DNA of 64,000 bases from Eledone cirrhosa. Taxonomy: Eukaryota. Within the stretch, counting starts at the first letter, position 1. Each line of letters starts with the position of its first letter. Below the pieces are notes generated by a model that was given only the letters and a program-made list of their open reading frames with translations, was not told where the DNA came from and searched no databases. This document shows, piece by piece, positions 27,850 to 40,959 of the stretch. Where the stretch lies: assembly GCA_964016885.1 (NCBI GenBank), contig OZ024742.1:268274001-268338000 (forward strand). Direction: 5' to 3'. Both the position numbers and the translations under genes were made by a program.

Positions 27850-28700
27850 GGCAGTGGTGGTTTCGTTGAAGATGTACCCTCTTTAAGGGCTGCTGCTGCG
27901 GAGGTCAGATTTGTAATGAACAAACAGGTCTCTACTGGCTGCTTTGCGATATAAATCGGTGTGAATTTCACCGCTATCAGAGATGTTCAGTCTGAAATCA
28001 TGTAGAATGAGGGACCCGGAGTCGTTGGGACGTTTGATGCTGAACTTGATGTTATTGTCATCATTGTTGAAAGATTCGAAAATCTTGTTGGCATTCTCCT
28101 TGGTGGATGTGAGGATGAGAATATCATCACATCTAGTGAAGAAAGTGCAGGTGTCGCAGGAGCTGAGTACTCGGTGTTCAAGCCTGTTCATATACGAAAT
28201 GTCCAGTAAAACCGAGAGGCTGGATCCCATGAGTAGTCCAGCGGTCTGTCGGGTGTTTGTCGCAGGAACTTGAAAAGGGCGTGGTTAACCCGAAACAATC
28301 CAAGTCGCAGAAACCGACACATTCATTGAGTATATGCCCTGCCGGGAATGCAGGTATCGATGCCTAGAGGGATACTACATCTAGGCTGAAGGCGTACCTA
28401 TTGGATTTGAGGGTTTCAAGTTGTAGTTGGTTGAGGCGCGGGATGACATCATCCGAGCTGTAGACGTGGCCCGGGTAGGTTGTCAACAGGGGCTTTACAA
28501 TATTTCCAATACATTTTATAGGAGGGTCCTTCAACTCTGGAAACAATGGGTCTAATTTTCATGTCGGGTCCTTCTTTGTGGGTTTTGATCAGATGGTAGA
28601 ATTTGGACAGCTTACTGTGTCTTGTTATGTAATTTTACCGGAATCTCTTAGGGAGCCTTCGGTGGTGACATATGTTGCTCTTAGCTACCGAACGCAGTAT
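27850..28700 (-). pseudogene. Degenerate Penelope/Poseidon-type RT fragment
   Basis: FSLDVVSL, MGSSLS..YMNRLE, CDDILI, NIKFS, TDLYRK. Confidence 0.75.
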
Positions 28701-29316
28701 AGGCACACTGAGAATTAAGGAAGCCCTTTTAATGAAGCAATTAAAACATAGTGTCAAAAATCAAATGTAAAGAAGTGCACCAGAAGGGCTAATTTAAAAG
28801 CCTGTATTCCGAAATCCCAGCGACCAGTTCATTCTTTCTTTCAAATTAAATGTATATTCTCACTAGGCAACACACACACACATACATATATCGCACACAT
28901 ATTTTCCCGTTTCATTATATACATATTTCAACATATCTTTCAATACATAAACTTATGCACACACATACAAACATCTCCATAAGCACACTTACCTTCACGC
29001 TCACACATGCCTATATCATACATTTCACAACACGCACGTTCTAAATTTTCACGTCTTTTCATTTCATTTAATTTAAATCTGCTCTCCAAACAAGTAGGTC
29101 AATGTAATCTAACTTCTAAATCTCTCATAGGGTTACTCCCTTCATAATGGATTTTAAATTTGCTAAGGTAAGATTCCTTTGTTACCTTGACGATTTAATG
29201 TTCGTCCCAGCGCATTGTTTGGTTTGCAAAATTATTAAAATTTGTGTTTCCTATTCAACAATGTTTCAAGGAAGCTACAAACTCTGTTGTATACACACAC
29301 AGACACACGCACACAC

Positions 29317-29368
<52 letters not shown>

Positions 29369-29370
29369 GC

Positions 29371-29480
<110 letters not shown>

Positions 29481-29692
29481 GGGGTAACAGATTATTGTTA
29501 TAGGTAGTCCACTTAGGTGTAGTCTAGTTAGGGTACTCCGAGTAGTGGATAATATCAACGCTTGGCTAAGTTTGACTCAACAAGGCGTTTCCATAGTGAT
29601 GCTGTGAGTACGCGGTGATTTCTATGTTGTTAACACTTGGAGTAATGATAAATCAGGAAAGAAGAGTGACACGGTTTGCTATACAAGAAAGG

Positions 29693-29811
29693 CTCATTGC
29701 TGACAATTGTTTCTCTGAACTGGTAGGTCTAGAGATCGGTACCCGCTTGTTTTAGCGTCATTCGATCACCAATACATAGTTGTAACCAGTCAATTCATCA
29801 GAGCTTGTGAG
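29693..29811 (-). ncRNA. Type I hammerhead with 81-nt stem II in solo pLTR-like segment (~29478-29840)
   Basis: ctcacaagct-CTGATGA-[ttgactggt...gatcg...cgatc...accagttcag]-GAAA-caattg-TC-agcaatgag; canonical core and GUC site. Confidence 0.72.
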
Positions 29812-30440
29812 AATGAAAGGAATATACAGGCATGGCTTCTATATATAGTAATGGCATTCAATCAGAACAATAACAACATATATATATATATATTTATATG
29901 TGTGTGGGGGGGGGGGACGAGAGAGGGATATAGTTGGATAGATAGCTGTTAGAGAACACAGTATTCTTGAAGATATGGCGGTAAACATCGAAGAGATATA
30001 ATTTGTGCACCTCCAGTTTGAAAAGAATGTAATAGGAAGTGCTATCACTTTCAAATATTTCTCCGAACACTAAAACAACTAAAAACAAGTATCCTCATGT
30101 ATTTGGGACATTGTGGGATCAAATTAGTGAAGAGCTTCTAAAAATAATGCTTTGGGTTTTACATATTCTATCGAAGGGAATATTTCCATGTGATTACAAT
30201 TACATTTCATTATTGTCACATCTAGATTCGAATTCACAATTATATGTAAATACATATACATATATATATATCGACGCGGTTTGTGGTCGAGCTCGTGGCA
30301 ATGGAGACTTCTAATGTCTTTGACGCTAGGGCCACCTTCCTGTTCACCACCATCGAAATAGATTTGGCTACCCGCATGTGTGAGCCGCGTGAGCTGGGAA
30401 AACGTCTTCTCTATCCTGTCCGTCGGGCTCGCGGGGTGTC

Positions 30441-30494
30441 AAGAAGAAGAAGAAGAAGAAGAAGAAGAAGAAGAAGAAGAAGAAGAAGAAGAAG
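30441..30494 (+). repeat. (AAG)n microsatellite
   Basis: Perfect trinucleotide run. Confidence 0.95.
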
Positions 30495-30639
30495 GTGTTA
30501 TATAATTAATATAATTTTAATATATCAATATATACACACACATCTCTCTCGCTCTGTCTCATTCTCTCATCCCCTCACTCTCCATTTCCCACCTTCACTT
30601 AGTTCTGCCCTCACCAGCCCTCACTCCCACTTTCTCTCA

Positions 30640-30961
<322 letters not shown>

Positions 30962-31604
30962 TCAGTTATTAGGAGTATTCCAATGCTTGGTAGAACAAGT
31001 TGTGAGGAAAGTTCTCAACATACGTTAAGGTGACTCGACAGGTTGGTAGGGATTCTGTAGTGGAAACACGAACAAACGAGGAGTGTAATCAAAGAAGAGA
31101 AATAGGACGAAGGTAAACAATTACAAAAGAATTTAATCCACGTATTTACAATTGTCTCATCAGAATTTCAGTCCATTATTGCTACACTATGTTATAATAG
31201 GCAATCAAGAAAGATACTGTGGCATCCGAATTTTCAAAATACAAAGTTGGAATGACCTTAGGAAATGAAATAAGGGGTAGTAGTGTAAGATAGAGAAACA
31301 GAGAGAGACAGAGGGGCAAAAGAGAGGGAGAGAGAGAGAGAGAAATTGGATAGAGGAAGGGAGAGATAGAGAAAGAGATAGTGTGGTGTGAGAGGATTTG
31401 TATAGGGAGGGGGAGGAGGGATGTGTGCTAAAAGTTGTGATGAGTAGAGGGAGAGAGAAGGAAGATAGAATTTTAAGAGGCATTTGGAAGTGGACAGGCG
31501 AAAGTCTTACCAGAGAACAGATGAAGGAAGAAAGTATTAAATTTCATATACAGTCTATTTTTAGGGCTGTAGAATTGTTATTTAGGGTAGAAAGATAGGT
31601 AGTG

Positions 31605-33678
31605 TTAGGATTTGGTTGAAGGTTTGAAGTGTGAGAATTTCGCTTTCAGTTTATGCTGGCAAAAAATTGACCTTTCAATTTTGTTGTTGAGTAGTTGGTG
31701 GCTTGAGCTTAGAATATGGAAGAGCTCATTATTACACAACGGGCACGCTTTCATCCCACTCAGGTATGGAGGAGCATGTGAGAGTTTGGTCCATTTAAGT
31801 GTGTATTGTCGGTTACTCTTTTTTAAGTGCCAAATTTTGTCGGCGAGAGTCGTTACGTAACGGTGTTGGTGGTGCTTTATTGCGTAACGATGCGTGTACC
31901 AACGAGTTTTGAAGGTGTTTGCAGTGCTGCCTATGTAGTACCAGGTTTGGTTGCCCGACTCAACCGAGCACCTATATACTAGGTTTGAATGCAAACATTC
32001 GTTATTCAATGGACAAGTCTCTGGAAGGTGGCAATTACAATTTTTGTTATGGGCAGTGGTGGAGTTATAGGTGTGCTGGGATGTGTGTGTGAGTGTGTTT
32101 TGTGCATACTGATTGTTAGTGGGTGGTTGTGTATTAGGTGTATTATTGTGTTGAGCGATTGGGGTGTTGTTGTTACGGAGTTTTTGGCGTTGAGCATCTT
32201 AATGTGTGCGTCTAGGTTTGGTGCAGTGGAATAAGATAGTCTAATTGTTTTGGTATTAATTATACTACTATATTTATGTGAATTTGGAAAGTGTTTTTTT
32301 ATAATTTTGTAGAATGTGGAAGGTAAGTTAGAGCTAATAGAAGAGTTAAAAATAGGATTATACCAAATGTAAGATCTACTCCGTGTTCTGTTTTGCTTTG
32401 ATGTTGCTGTTGTATTTGTGGTGTGGTTAGTATTAGGGGTCTAGGTGCGTGTGTGCGGGTGTTTGTGCGGCGTTTGGCGTGTCTGTGGTTATGTGTTTTA
32501 TGGTTGTGTGGGTCCATGTATTCTAGTTTGTCGGTGTGGCCAGCCCGTTCTAATGCATGTTGTAGTATTCAGCGTGTTGATAGAATATTTGTTGGTTAGA
32601 TGAGAGGCGGGATATTCTAAGAGATATACTATGTGGCACGGACCTTATAATAGATAGTGGGTGGTTAGAGCTAGTGTGGATGTAGGTGAGGTTCTCATTG
32701 TTTTTGTGAAAGGGTGTGATAATTTGGGTGTTGAGGTTGAAGGTGGCATCTAGGAAGTTAACTACTTTGGTACTATATTCGTAGGTGATTTTAAGGCCAA
32801 GGCTATCTAGGGTTCTTCTAATGCTCTTACGGGTTCGTTCTATGTTTTGTTTATTCATGTTTTTAACTAATAGGAGAGCGTCATCTCTATATATTCCGCC
32901 TTGAAGGCAACTAACTTTATTATGTAAGGTGTGGGCTATGTATATACCAACAATATCCGTAACTTGTGCTGAGTCATTAGCACCCATAGTTATGTCAAAG
33001 TTATCTATTCTATCCTTACGTATCCAAAAGTTATTTTCAAATTTAATTATCGTCTTTCTAGCTCCTAGGATAATGTTTATTTCGTCGTCGGTTAAGTCAG
33101 AGTTGGCTTTCGCAAATTCTAGTGCCTTGTTTAGAGTATCAGGTGATATGGAGGAGTAATAGTCATTAATGTCGAATTGTATAAAGTTAGAGGTATTTTT
33201 GTTATCTATACTATTAAACCATTTAATTGTGTCGCTAGTATTGTCCCAAAGTTTAATAACTAGTTTATTCCTTAATTGTATTATTATTCTATCTAAAATA
33301 TGCTTGCTAATTTTACCTATGTCTGACTTAGATGGGCATATTAATCTAATAGTGGGTTTATCTAGGAAATCTAATTTGTGGTCCTTAAGATTAAAGGTGG
33401 GGGTGCAAGTTGTCATGGGCTCAGTTCTATCTTCAAGTTCTAGACTTTTGACAATATGGTGTGCTTGTTTGTTGATGTTAAGTAGTGCTTTGTTATTGGT
33501 TTTCTTATATTTTTTATGTAATTCCTTTCGTATAAGGTCGTGGTAAGTATTAATCTCCATTGTGTACACGTTAGATGTTTTATCCGCTTTGACAATAATC
33601 CCGTTAGTGGTGCGCAGCTTGTTTAGAAAGGTATCCATGTCTTTATGAAGCTTGTTGGTTTTGAACTTCTTATATTTA
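31605..33678 (-). pseudogene. Naiad-like RT/GIY-YIG, frameshifted
   Basis: ADKTSN, LKDHK, QFDINDYY, ITMGA, GIYRDD, LVYRC..YYIG, CPLC. Confidence 0.9.
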
Positions 33679-34977
33679 GGCGGAATATATAGAGATGACG
33701 CTCTCCTATTAGTTAAAAACATGAATAAACAAAACATAGAACGAACCCGTAAGAGCATTAGAAGAACCCTAGATAGCCTTGGCCTTAAAATCACCTACGA
33801 ATATAGTACCAAAGTAGTTAACTTCCTAGATGCCACCTTCAACCTCAACACCCAAATTATCACACCCTTTCACAAAAACAATGAGAACCTCACCTACATC
33901 CACACTAGCTCTAACCACCCACTATCTATTATAAGGTCCGTGCCACATAGTATATCACTTAGAATATCCCGCCTCTCATCTAACCAACAAATATTCGATC
34001 AACACGCTGAATACTACAACACTGCATTAGAACGGGCTGGCCACACCGACAAACTAGAATACATGGACCCACACAACCATAAAACACATAACCACAGACA
34101 CGCCAAACGCCGCACAAACATCCGCACACACGCACCTAGACCCCCTAATACTAACCACACCACAAATACAACAGCAACATCAAAGCAAAACAGAACGCGG
34201 AGTAGATCTTACATTTGGTATAATCCTATTTTTAACTCTTCTGTTAGCTCTAACTTACCTTCCACATTCTACAAAATTATAAAAAAACACTTTCCAAATT
34301 CACATAAATATAGTATTATACTTAATACCAAAACAATTAGACTATCTTATTCCACTGCACCAAACCTAGACGCACACATTAAGATGCTCAACGCCAAAAA
34401 ACTCCGTAACAACAACACCCCAATCGCTCAACACAATAATACACCTAATACACAACCACCCACTAACAATCAGTATGCACAAAACACACTCACACACACA
34501 TCCCAGCACACCTATAACTCCACCACTGCCCATAACAGAAATTGTAATTGCCACCTTCCAGAGACTTGTCCATTGAATAACGAATGTTTGCATTCAAACC
34601 TAGTATATAGGTGCTCGGTTGAGTCGGGCAACCAAACCTGGTACTACATAGGCAGCACTGCAAACACCTTCAAAACTCGTTGGTACACGCATCGTTACGC
34701 AATAAAGCACCACCAACACCGTTACGTAACGACTCTCGCCGACAAAATTTGGCACTTAAAAAAGAGTAACCGACAATACACACTTAAATGGACCAAACTC
34801 TCACATGCTCCTTCATACCGGAGTGGGATGAAAGCGTGCCCGTTGTGTAATAATGAGCTCTTCCATATTCTAAGCTCAAGCCACCAACTACTCAACAACA
34901 AAATTGAAAGGTCAATTTTTTGCCAGCATAAACTGAAAGCGAAATTCTCATACTTCAAACCTTCAACCAAATCCTAA
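33679..34977 (+). CDS. C-terminal half of Naiad-like RT + GIY-YIG (open frame, 5'-truncated)
   Basis: Starts at GGIYRDD; CNCx5CPL, LVYRC, YYIG, CPLC, CQH. Confidence 0.85.
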   Translation, partial: GGIYRDDALLLVKNMNKQNIERTRKSIRRTLDSLGLKITYEYSTKVVNFLDATFNLNTQIITPFHKNNENLTYIHTSSNHPLSIIRSVPHSISLRISRLSSNQQIFDQHAEYYNTALERAGHTDKLEYMDPHNHKTHNHRHAKRRTNIRTHAPRPPNTNHTTNTTATSKQNRTRSRSYIWYNPIFNSSVSSNLPSTFYKIIKKHFPNSHKYSIILNTKTIRLSYSTAPNLDAHIKMLNAKKLRNNNTPIAQHNNTPNTQPPTNNQYAQNTLTHTSQHTYNSTTAHNRNCNCHLPETCPLNNECLHSNLVYRCSVESGNQTWYYIGSTANTFKTRWYTHRYAIKHHQHRYVTTLADKIWHLKKSNRQYTLKWTKLSHAPSYRSGMKACPLCNNELFHILSSSHQLLNNKIERSIFCQHKLKAKFSYFKPSTKS

Positions 34978-35233
34978 CACTACCTATCTTTCTACCCTAA
35001 ATAACAATTCTACACCCCTAAAAATAGACTATATATGAAATTTAATACTTTCTTCCTTCATCTGTTCTCTGGTAAGACTTTCGCCTGTCCACTTCCAAAT
35101 GCCTCTTAAAATTCTATCTTCCTTCTCTCCCCCTCTACTCATCACAACTTTTAGCACACATCCCTCCTCCCCCTCCCTATACAAATCCTCTCACACCACA
35201 CTATCTCTTTCTCTTTCTCTCCCTTCCTCTATC

Positions 35234-35264
<31 letters not shown>

Positions 35265-35349
35265 CCTCTCTTTTGCCCCTCTCTCTCTTTCTGTTCCTCT
35301 ATCTTACACTACTACCCCTTATTTCATTTCCTAAGGTCATTCCAACTTT

Positions 35350-35450
35350 GTATTTTGAAAATTCGGATGCCACAGTATCTTTCTTGATTGCCTATTATAA
35401 CATAGTGTAGCAATAATGGACTGAAATTCTGATGAAACAATTGTAAATAC
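35350..35450 (+). ncRNA. Type I hammerhead, U3:A8 core, 72-nt stem II (mirror copy 31142-31242 on -)
   Basis: gtatt-TTGAAAA-ttcgga...tctgat-GAAA-caattg-TA-aatac. The mirror copy has GAGA in place of GAAA. Confidence 0.62.
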
Positions 35451-35495
35451 GTGGATTAAATTCTTTTGTAATTGTTTACCTTCGTCCTATTTCTC

Positions 35496-35561
<66 letters not shown>

Positions 35562-36797
35562 TTAGAGTTGGAAATTGAAGGGAGAAACGGAAAACAACAA
35601 CTGAGAGTTTTCGTTTATTTAACTAGCAAGTGTTTATTTTGTTTGGGGATGTTTGGTACAACTTAAACATCTATAATGAATGGAGGTAATTTACAACAAC
35701 ATACTTTATTTCAATACTTTTTTTCTTTCATATTATTAAACAATTTTAGAATGATTTGTGAACCTGTTGCATTTTAAACACCTTGCGTAGAAAAAATATT
35801 GAAATACGAATCTGTATAGTTAATTAGCCTATTGTACAATGGCTACATTTATAGTTAATGTCATGAGAAATTAAAACTATGTTTTATTGATTGTTTATTT
35901 ACTATTATATATCAACTTGTTATTGTTTACAACACAAGAAAACGTGATACATCATTGCCGCATTCACATTTGTGTCGTTGGCGCCATATATTCTGCTATT
36001 TGCATGTTATTGTTTAAAGATATCTTAAAATGGCGACTTATAATTTTAAACAATAGGAAAAATGATTAGAGTTTAAATGTACATATGATTATGTAATATA
36101 ATTTCATACGAATAACAAGTTAATGAAAAATCAAATTAAAAGTAACGTTTTGTTAAACGAAAATTTTGCGTTCAAACATGTACAGTATATTACAAAATAC
36201 GAAATATTCAGCATGGGTAGCATGTGACTACATAGAATGGGTGATAACAAACAGATGTTATACAGAAGTCAATCCTCCATATTTCTCGTTATCTCACACA
36301 TATCACACAGTCATTACATGTAGTTCCTTACTAAAGGAGAAAACCTTCGATTTAGTACGCGTGTAACCAAGTTGTCACAAGATGATACGCGATATTACAT
36401 TTACCTCAAACTATTCATGAAAAAAAAATGCTCCATAAATAACTAAACAACGGAAGTTATTGATGGCATATTTTTTTTATGAATTCCTTTTTTGATGTTA
36501 AGTATATATGAAACAACTTTTTTATAATTATCACCTCATGAAATGATGACTGAGCTATTTTACGCACAAGTATAAAAAGATGCAACAGTTTACATTGTGC
36601 AGTTCTTGAGCATAACATGGATGTCACAAGTACACATGTAAATAACATATTCTGTGTGACTATGAAGTAATAAATATTACTATATATTCATTTAATAATT
36701 ATTTTTCACAAGTAATAACAATGATAATAATAACTACAAGAACAACAACGACAACAAAAACAACAGCCATGATAATAATAGTAATAAAAATAATAAT

Positions 36798-36980
36798 AAT
36801 TGTTTCAACTTTTGGCACAAGGCCAACAATTCTTTCAGTGTATTACTGGTACTCTATTTTATCGACCCCGTGGATGAAAGGCAAAGTTAACTTCGGCGGG
36901 ATTTGAACTCAGACCATAAAGGGCCGTAACTATTTACTGCAAAGCATGGCGTCAAACCCTCTAACGATACTGCCAATCCA
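36798..36980 (-). mobile_element. tRNA-derived SINE with Nin/Deu-like central domain and (ATT)n tail
   Basis: B box GAGTTCAAATCCC; aactttgcctttcatcc..ggggtcgataaaata..gtaccag; homologous to copies at 40.2-40.9 kb. Confidence 0.75.
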
Positions 36981-36987
36981 ACAATAA

Positions 36988-39122
36988 TGTTTTCTTCATT
37001 AGCCACAAGAGTTGACATAAAGTAACATTAAGGACAACACGGGACGGTACAGGACGGTACAAATGGACATTGGTGCGTGTAAAGAAAAAAACAAAGGAAA
37101 TGACAAAAAAGAAACAAAGAAACATTCTCCTATATGGGGAGGGGGCTTCCGATGGACATTCGTGGAGAAAGCCCATTAAAAAACCGACGGTGACGCTGAC
37201 CACGAGGGCAATTTTCCACCTTCAATTTACAGGCGCATACTCAGAGCAGGCCCATTTACTCGGGCCATGCTTGCCTCTCTTACCCATCTTTCAACAAATT
37301 GCTGGACAGAGAGCTTTTCCCACTCCACCCTGATTTTCCTTTTCAAATGAAATGTGAAAAGGTTAATTAGGGCATCACCGAAGAGGTAAGTTCTCGTCTT
37401 CAGCCCTTTTAAACGCATCCAAAATAAGACCCCTTTTGCCATGGTCACCAGGCAGATAAAAACTGCCTCTCCTTTCTGTCTAAAGGAAGGCGGCGGGGAA
37501 ATGCACAGGATGGACTCAGCTAATAACCGGATCCGTCCTACACGTGACAGCAGGTGACCGATATCAACCCGCAAGTCAGCATTCTCGGACACTGGACGAG
37601 TGTGTGCCGGACAGTTTCGTCACTTTGCACGCATCTCGGCTAGGCCCGGCTGACGGCAGTTCCATATCTGTAGAGTTTATCCCAACTGGCAAAGATCCTC
37701 GGTAGCACTGCAAGGCAAGGGGTTTCTGAAAGTTTTCCATGGGCCCCGGCCCGAATGTTTTCCGGAAGAGATTGGCTAGTTGATTTTCGTCGACGCCCAG
37801 AGTCTGCCGAAGGACATCGTCGCCCTCTCCCTCCACTAACACTCTACAGAACTCCAAGATGGAGTTTCCACCGATTCGTCGGAGACTGTGAGCGCCTGAA
37901 GACATTACAATCAAATGGACCACCTAACCATCGGAGCGCGTTCTTTCCGCAAAAAGCGAAAGAGAAAACGCTCGAACGCAGTCAGGTGAGGCTTAGAACA
38001 AGGCACGATGGTCAGGCGGCAGTAGATGACGGACGCGATGAACGCGTTCGCCACTTCCACTCGACCTTTCAGCGATAGCTTCCTCTTGGTCCAATTCTGG
38101 GTGAGAGAGGCCACTCTGCTCATCACCTCGTCCCACTTTTTTTCCGTTTGGAGGTCTGGACCGAACCAGACCCCTAGCAATTTTACCGGCCCGTCCGTCC
38201 AGCGCCCGATAACGCCGTTGGACAGCATGGATCGGCCTCTCCAGGTGCCGAGCCACAGTCCCACCGACTTTTCCTGGTTGATCATTGCTCCTGTCACCGC
38301 TTCGTATTCTCTTAGTGTAGTGACGATCACCTCGATGTGTTCGGCATTCGACACCACTACGGTGATGTCCTCGGCATATGCTGACATGATTCTCTCACAT
38401 CCCAGTTCACGCAGAACGCCACTCAACGTCTCCAGTTTGTGCAATAATGTCTCGAGAGTCATTACGTACTACAGGGACGAGAGGGGACATCCTTTGCAGA
38501 CTGAGCGCATGATGTTGATCGGTTCCGAAAGGTGACGGTTCACTCTCACCACAGAGCAGATGTCGCTGGTCACGTCCAGCACCACCGACTTACCTTCTGA
38601 GTCCAGGAAGATGGTTCGGATCACGAGATCCAGTCCTCTGCACTGACTCCACCTCCCGATCCCGGCCGGCTTGGAGATGCCTACACAGCGTAACCGCTGA
38701 AGATGGGTGCGAAGTCATGTGCCGCGGAAATTCTGGTCTCACTGATGGCAACCACATCTATGTTCATTGAACTGAGGCCGTTGAGCAGGTAATCCTGATT
38801 TCAGTATGACCCCCAGACCACTTGCATTTATGTTGCCTATCCTGAGTAAACCCTGTTGGAAAGGAGTGGGAGAAGTTGGGAAAGACCCCTTACCTCAGTT
38901 CTTGTGGAGGAAAGATGGTTTTTCCGTCCGTAAGTCTGTTTATGGCCCTCTCCGGAAGGATGTCTTTATATATACCCCTTGAAAGTGTTCGCCGGAAATC
39001 TCCGATATCCTTGAGGAAATTTTCTTTTAGTGTTGTATATGTTTTCTGTGTGATACGAGTGATTTGTATGTGTGGGGTCGTGTGATGTTTTGGGTGTTGT
39101 GTAGACAAGTTTATTGCAAAAT
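36988..39122 (-). mobile_element. Tx1/L1-like LINE, degenerate, internally deleted
   Basis: ORF1 end, EN start, RT (YAED) and C-terminal part homologous to 46.6-49.1 kb and 58.4-60.2 kb. Confidence 0.85.
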
Positions 39123-39166
39123 ACAAGATAAAATGTTTGATGTAAGGATTGAACCTTATATATTAC

Positions 39167-39307
39167 CTTCATGATTGTAGATATATTTGAAACAATACCC
39201 AGGTCGATGAATGTGTAATACTCCCCCTGATGTATTTCGACATCATCTTGCGGTCGAAATAAAATTGCAATTACAACTTGGTTTAAAAGAGACTTCATTG
39301 AGTAACT
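39167..39307 (-). CDS. Candidate host exon (141 nt, SYSMKSLLNQVVIAILFRPQDDVEIHQGEYYTFIDLGIVSNISTIMK)
   Basis: catttgttttAG acceptor, AAG|GTAATA donor, open phase 0-0 frame. Confidence 0.45.
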
Positions 39308-40204
39308 CTAAAACAAATGTCTACATACTACAGATAATTTTTATTTCATGTAGTTAGGTTTCAAAGCTAATCGTAACCTCATCCGTTCGTGTTATTGTAT
39401 CGTTGTACAGGAAACTGCTCTACTACCAGCATCGCTTAAAATTCTTTAGCAAATATATGTTGTTTTAATTTTATAATTAAAACAACAAATTCAGGGGAAT
39501 TCTAATAATTAATTTTAACGTTTCGTGACATGAAGATAATTTAGCCAGAAATAAACTGAGGCAAAATGTAAAGGATGAACAAGAAAAATGTCAGTGAGTA
39601 CGAAAGTAAAAAACAATAAAATAAAATAAAATAAAAATAAAAAAAATATTCACCAGAAAATTATCTCGTTTCGAACAGAAATACTTTGCAATGGTGTTTC
39701 TTTTTTAGTTTTTACCATTTTTCTCAAACCTATTGATTTTACAGAGTGTTATAACGTTTCCTGCTTATCAAAATATCTCTTCCTTGCGGATGTTAGGAAA
39801 AAAAATATATACATCGAAACATATATAACATAAAAACAAGAACACGTCAAGTTTTCATTAAGTTTTATTTAATAGCATATGATAAACAGCAAGGTTAATG
39901 AATTCCAGGAATACGCTAATTCACTGCGTATTTTGTTATTCCTATGTATTTTTATTATTAATCTTTGTTGGTTCGTATTTTGTATTTATTTACTTCTTTC
40001 ATAATGAGAAAACAAAATGATTTCACATTAGACTAATAACAGTATCTTATGGCTTCCTAGCAGATTACAAAGTACGGGTCGAGTTCGTTTGGAACAGATT
40101 CAAATTGCGGGAATAAATTCCGTCGGTAAGATGGGAGTCGTTTCTTTATTTCCGTTTGTTATGTTCTTCGTTTTGGATGTAACGCACTAGTTGTTATAAA
40201 TTAT

Positions 40205-40925
40205 ATTAGTTTCCGATTTAGGCACAAGACCAACAACTACGGGGAAATGGGAAGTCGATTAAATTTTATCGACCCCTTAAAGATGAAATGCTTTAACTTC
40301 TGAGTTCAAATGTCGCCGAGTTATCGACGGGTTTTGAACTCGGAATGTAAAGGGCCGTAATTCTTTGCCCCAAAGCATGTTGTCCGATGTTCTACGGATA
40401 CTGCCAATCCAGTGCCTTCTTCTTATAGACTATATTAAAAATGCTAATATAACAGGATTCAAAAACTAATATTCAAAAGTGTTTTGAAAATCTCTATCTA
40501 GGTTGTGTAATGAATACGTTTCTGGCAAAAATATAATATAATGTAATTGTTTCTACTTTTGACACAAGGCCAGCTATTATCTCAGTACGTTACTGGTACT
40601 TTATTTTGTAAACCCCGCAAGGATGAAAGGCAAAGTTAACCTCGGTGGGATTTGAAATCAGGCCGTAAAGGGACGTAACTCTATGCTGTAAACCATGGCA
40701 TCCGATCCTCTACCGATACTGCCAATCCACCGCCTTATAATATAATTGTTTCTACTTTTGGCACAAGGCCATCAATTACCCAGTACATTACTGGTACTTT
40801 ATTTTATCGACCCCGTAAGGATGAAAGGCAAAGTTAACCTCGGCGGGATTTGAACTCAGATCGTAAAGGGACGTAACTATGCTGGAAAGCATGGCGTCGG
40901 ACCCTCTACCGATACTGCCAATCCA
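40205..40925 (-). mobile_element. Three copies of the Nin/Deu-like SINE (~40209-40395, 40547-40737, 40746-40925)
   Basis: Mutual similarity and similarity to 36798-36980; the last two are head-to-tail. Confidence 0.8.
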
Positions 40926-40959
40926 TAAAATAATATAATTATAATATAATATAATATAA

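Larger units (their letters stand above)
31093..35499. mobile_element. PLE family 3, tail-to-tail inverted dimer
   Basis: Minus arm 33678->31093 (RT + GIY-YIG, frameshifted). Plus arm 33678-35499 is a near-identical reverse complement of 31093-32901. Confidence 0.92.

Noticed and set aside
30961-31092. Segment encoding VRKVLNI, similar to an R4/Dong C-terminus
   Set aside because: Too short to distinguish from the tail of PLE family 3; left unassigned.
32550-33794. Overlapping divergent ORF starts at the family 3 junction
   Set aside because: The N-terminal extensions are antisense read-through across the inversion breakpoint.
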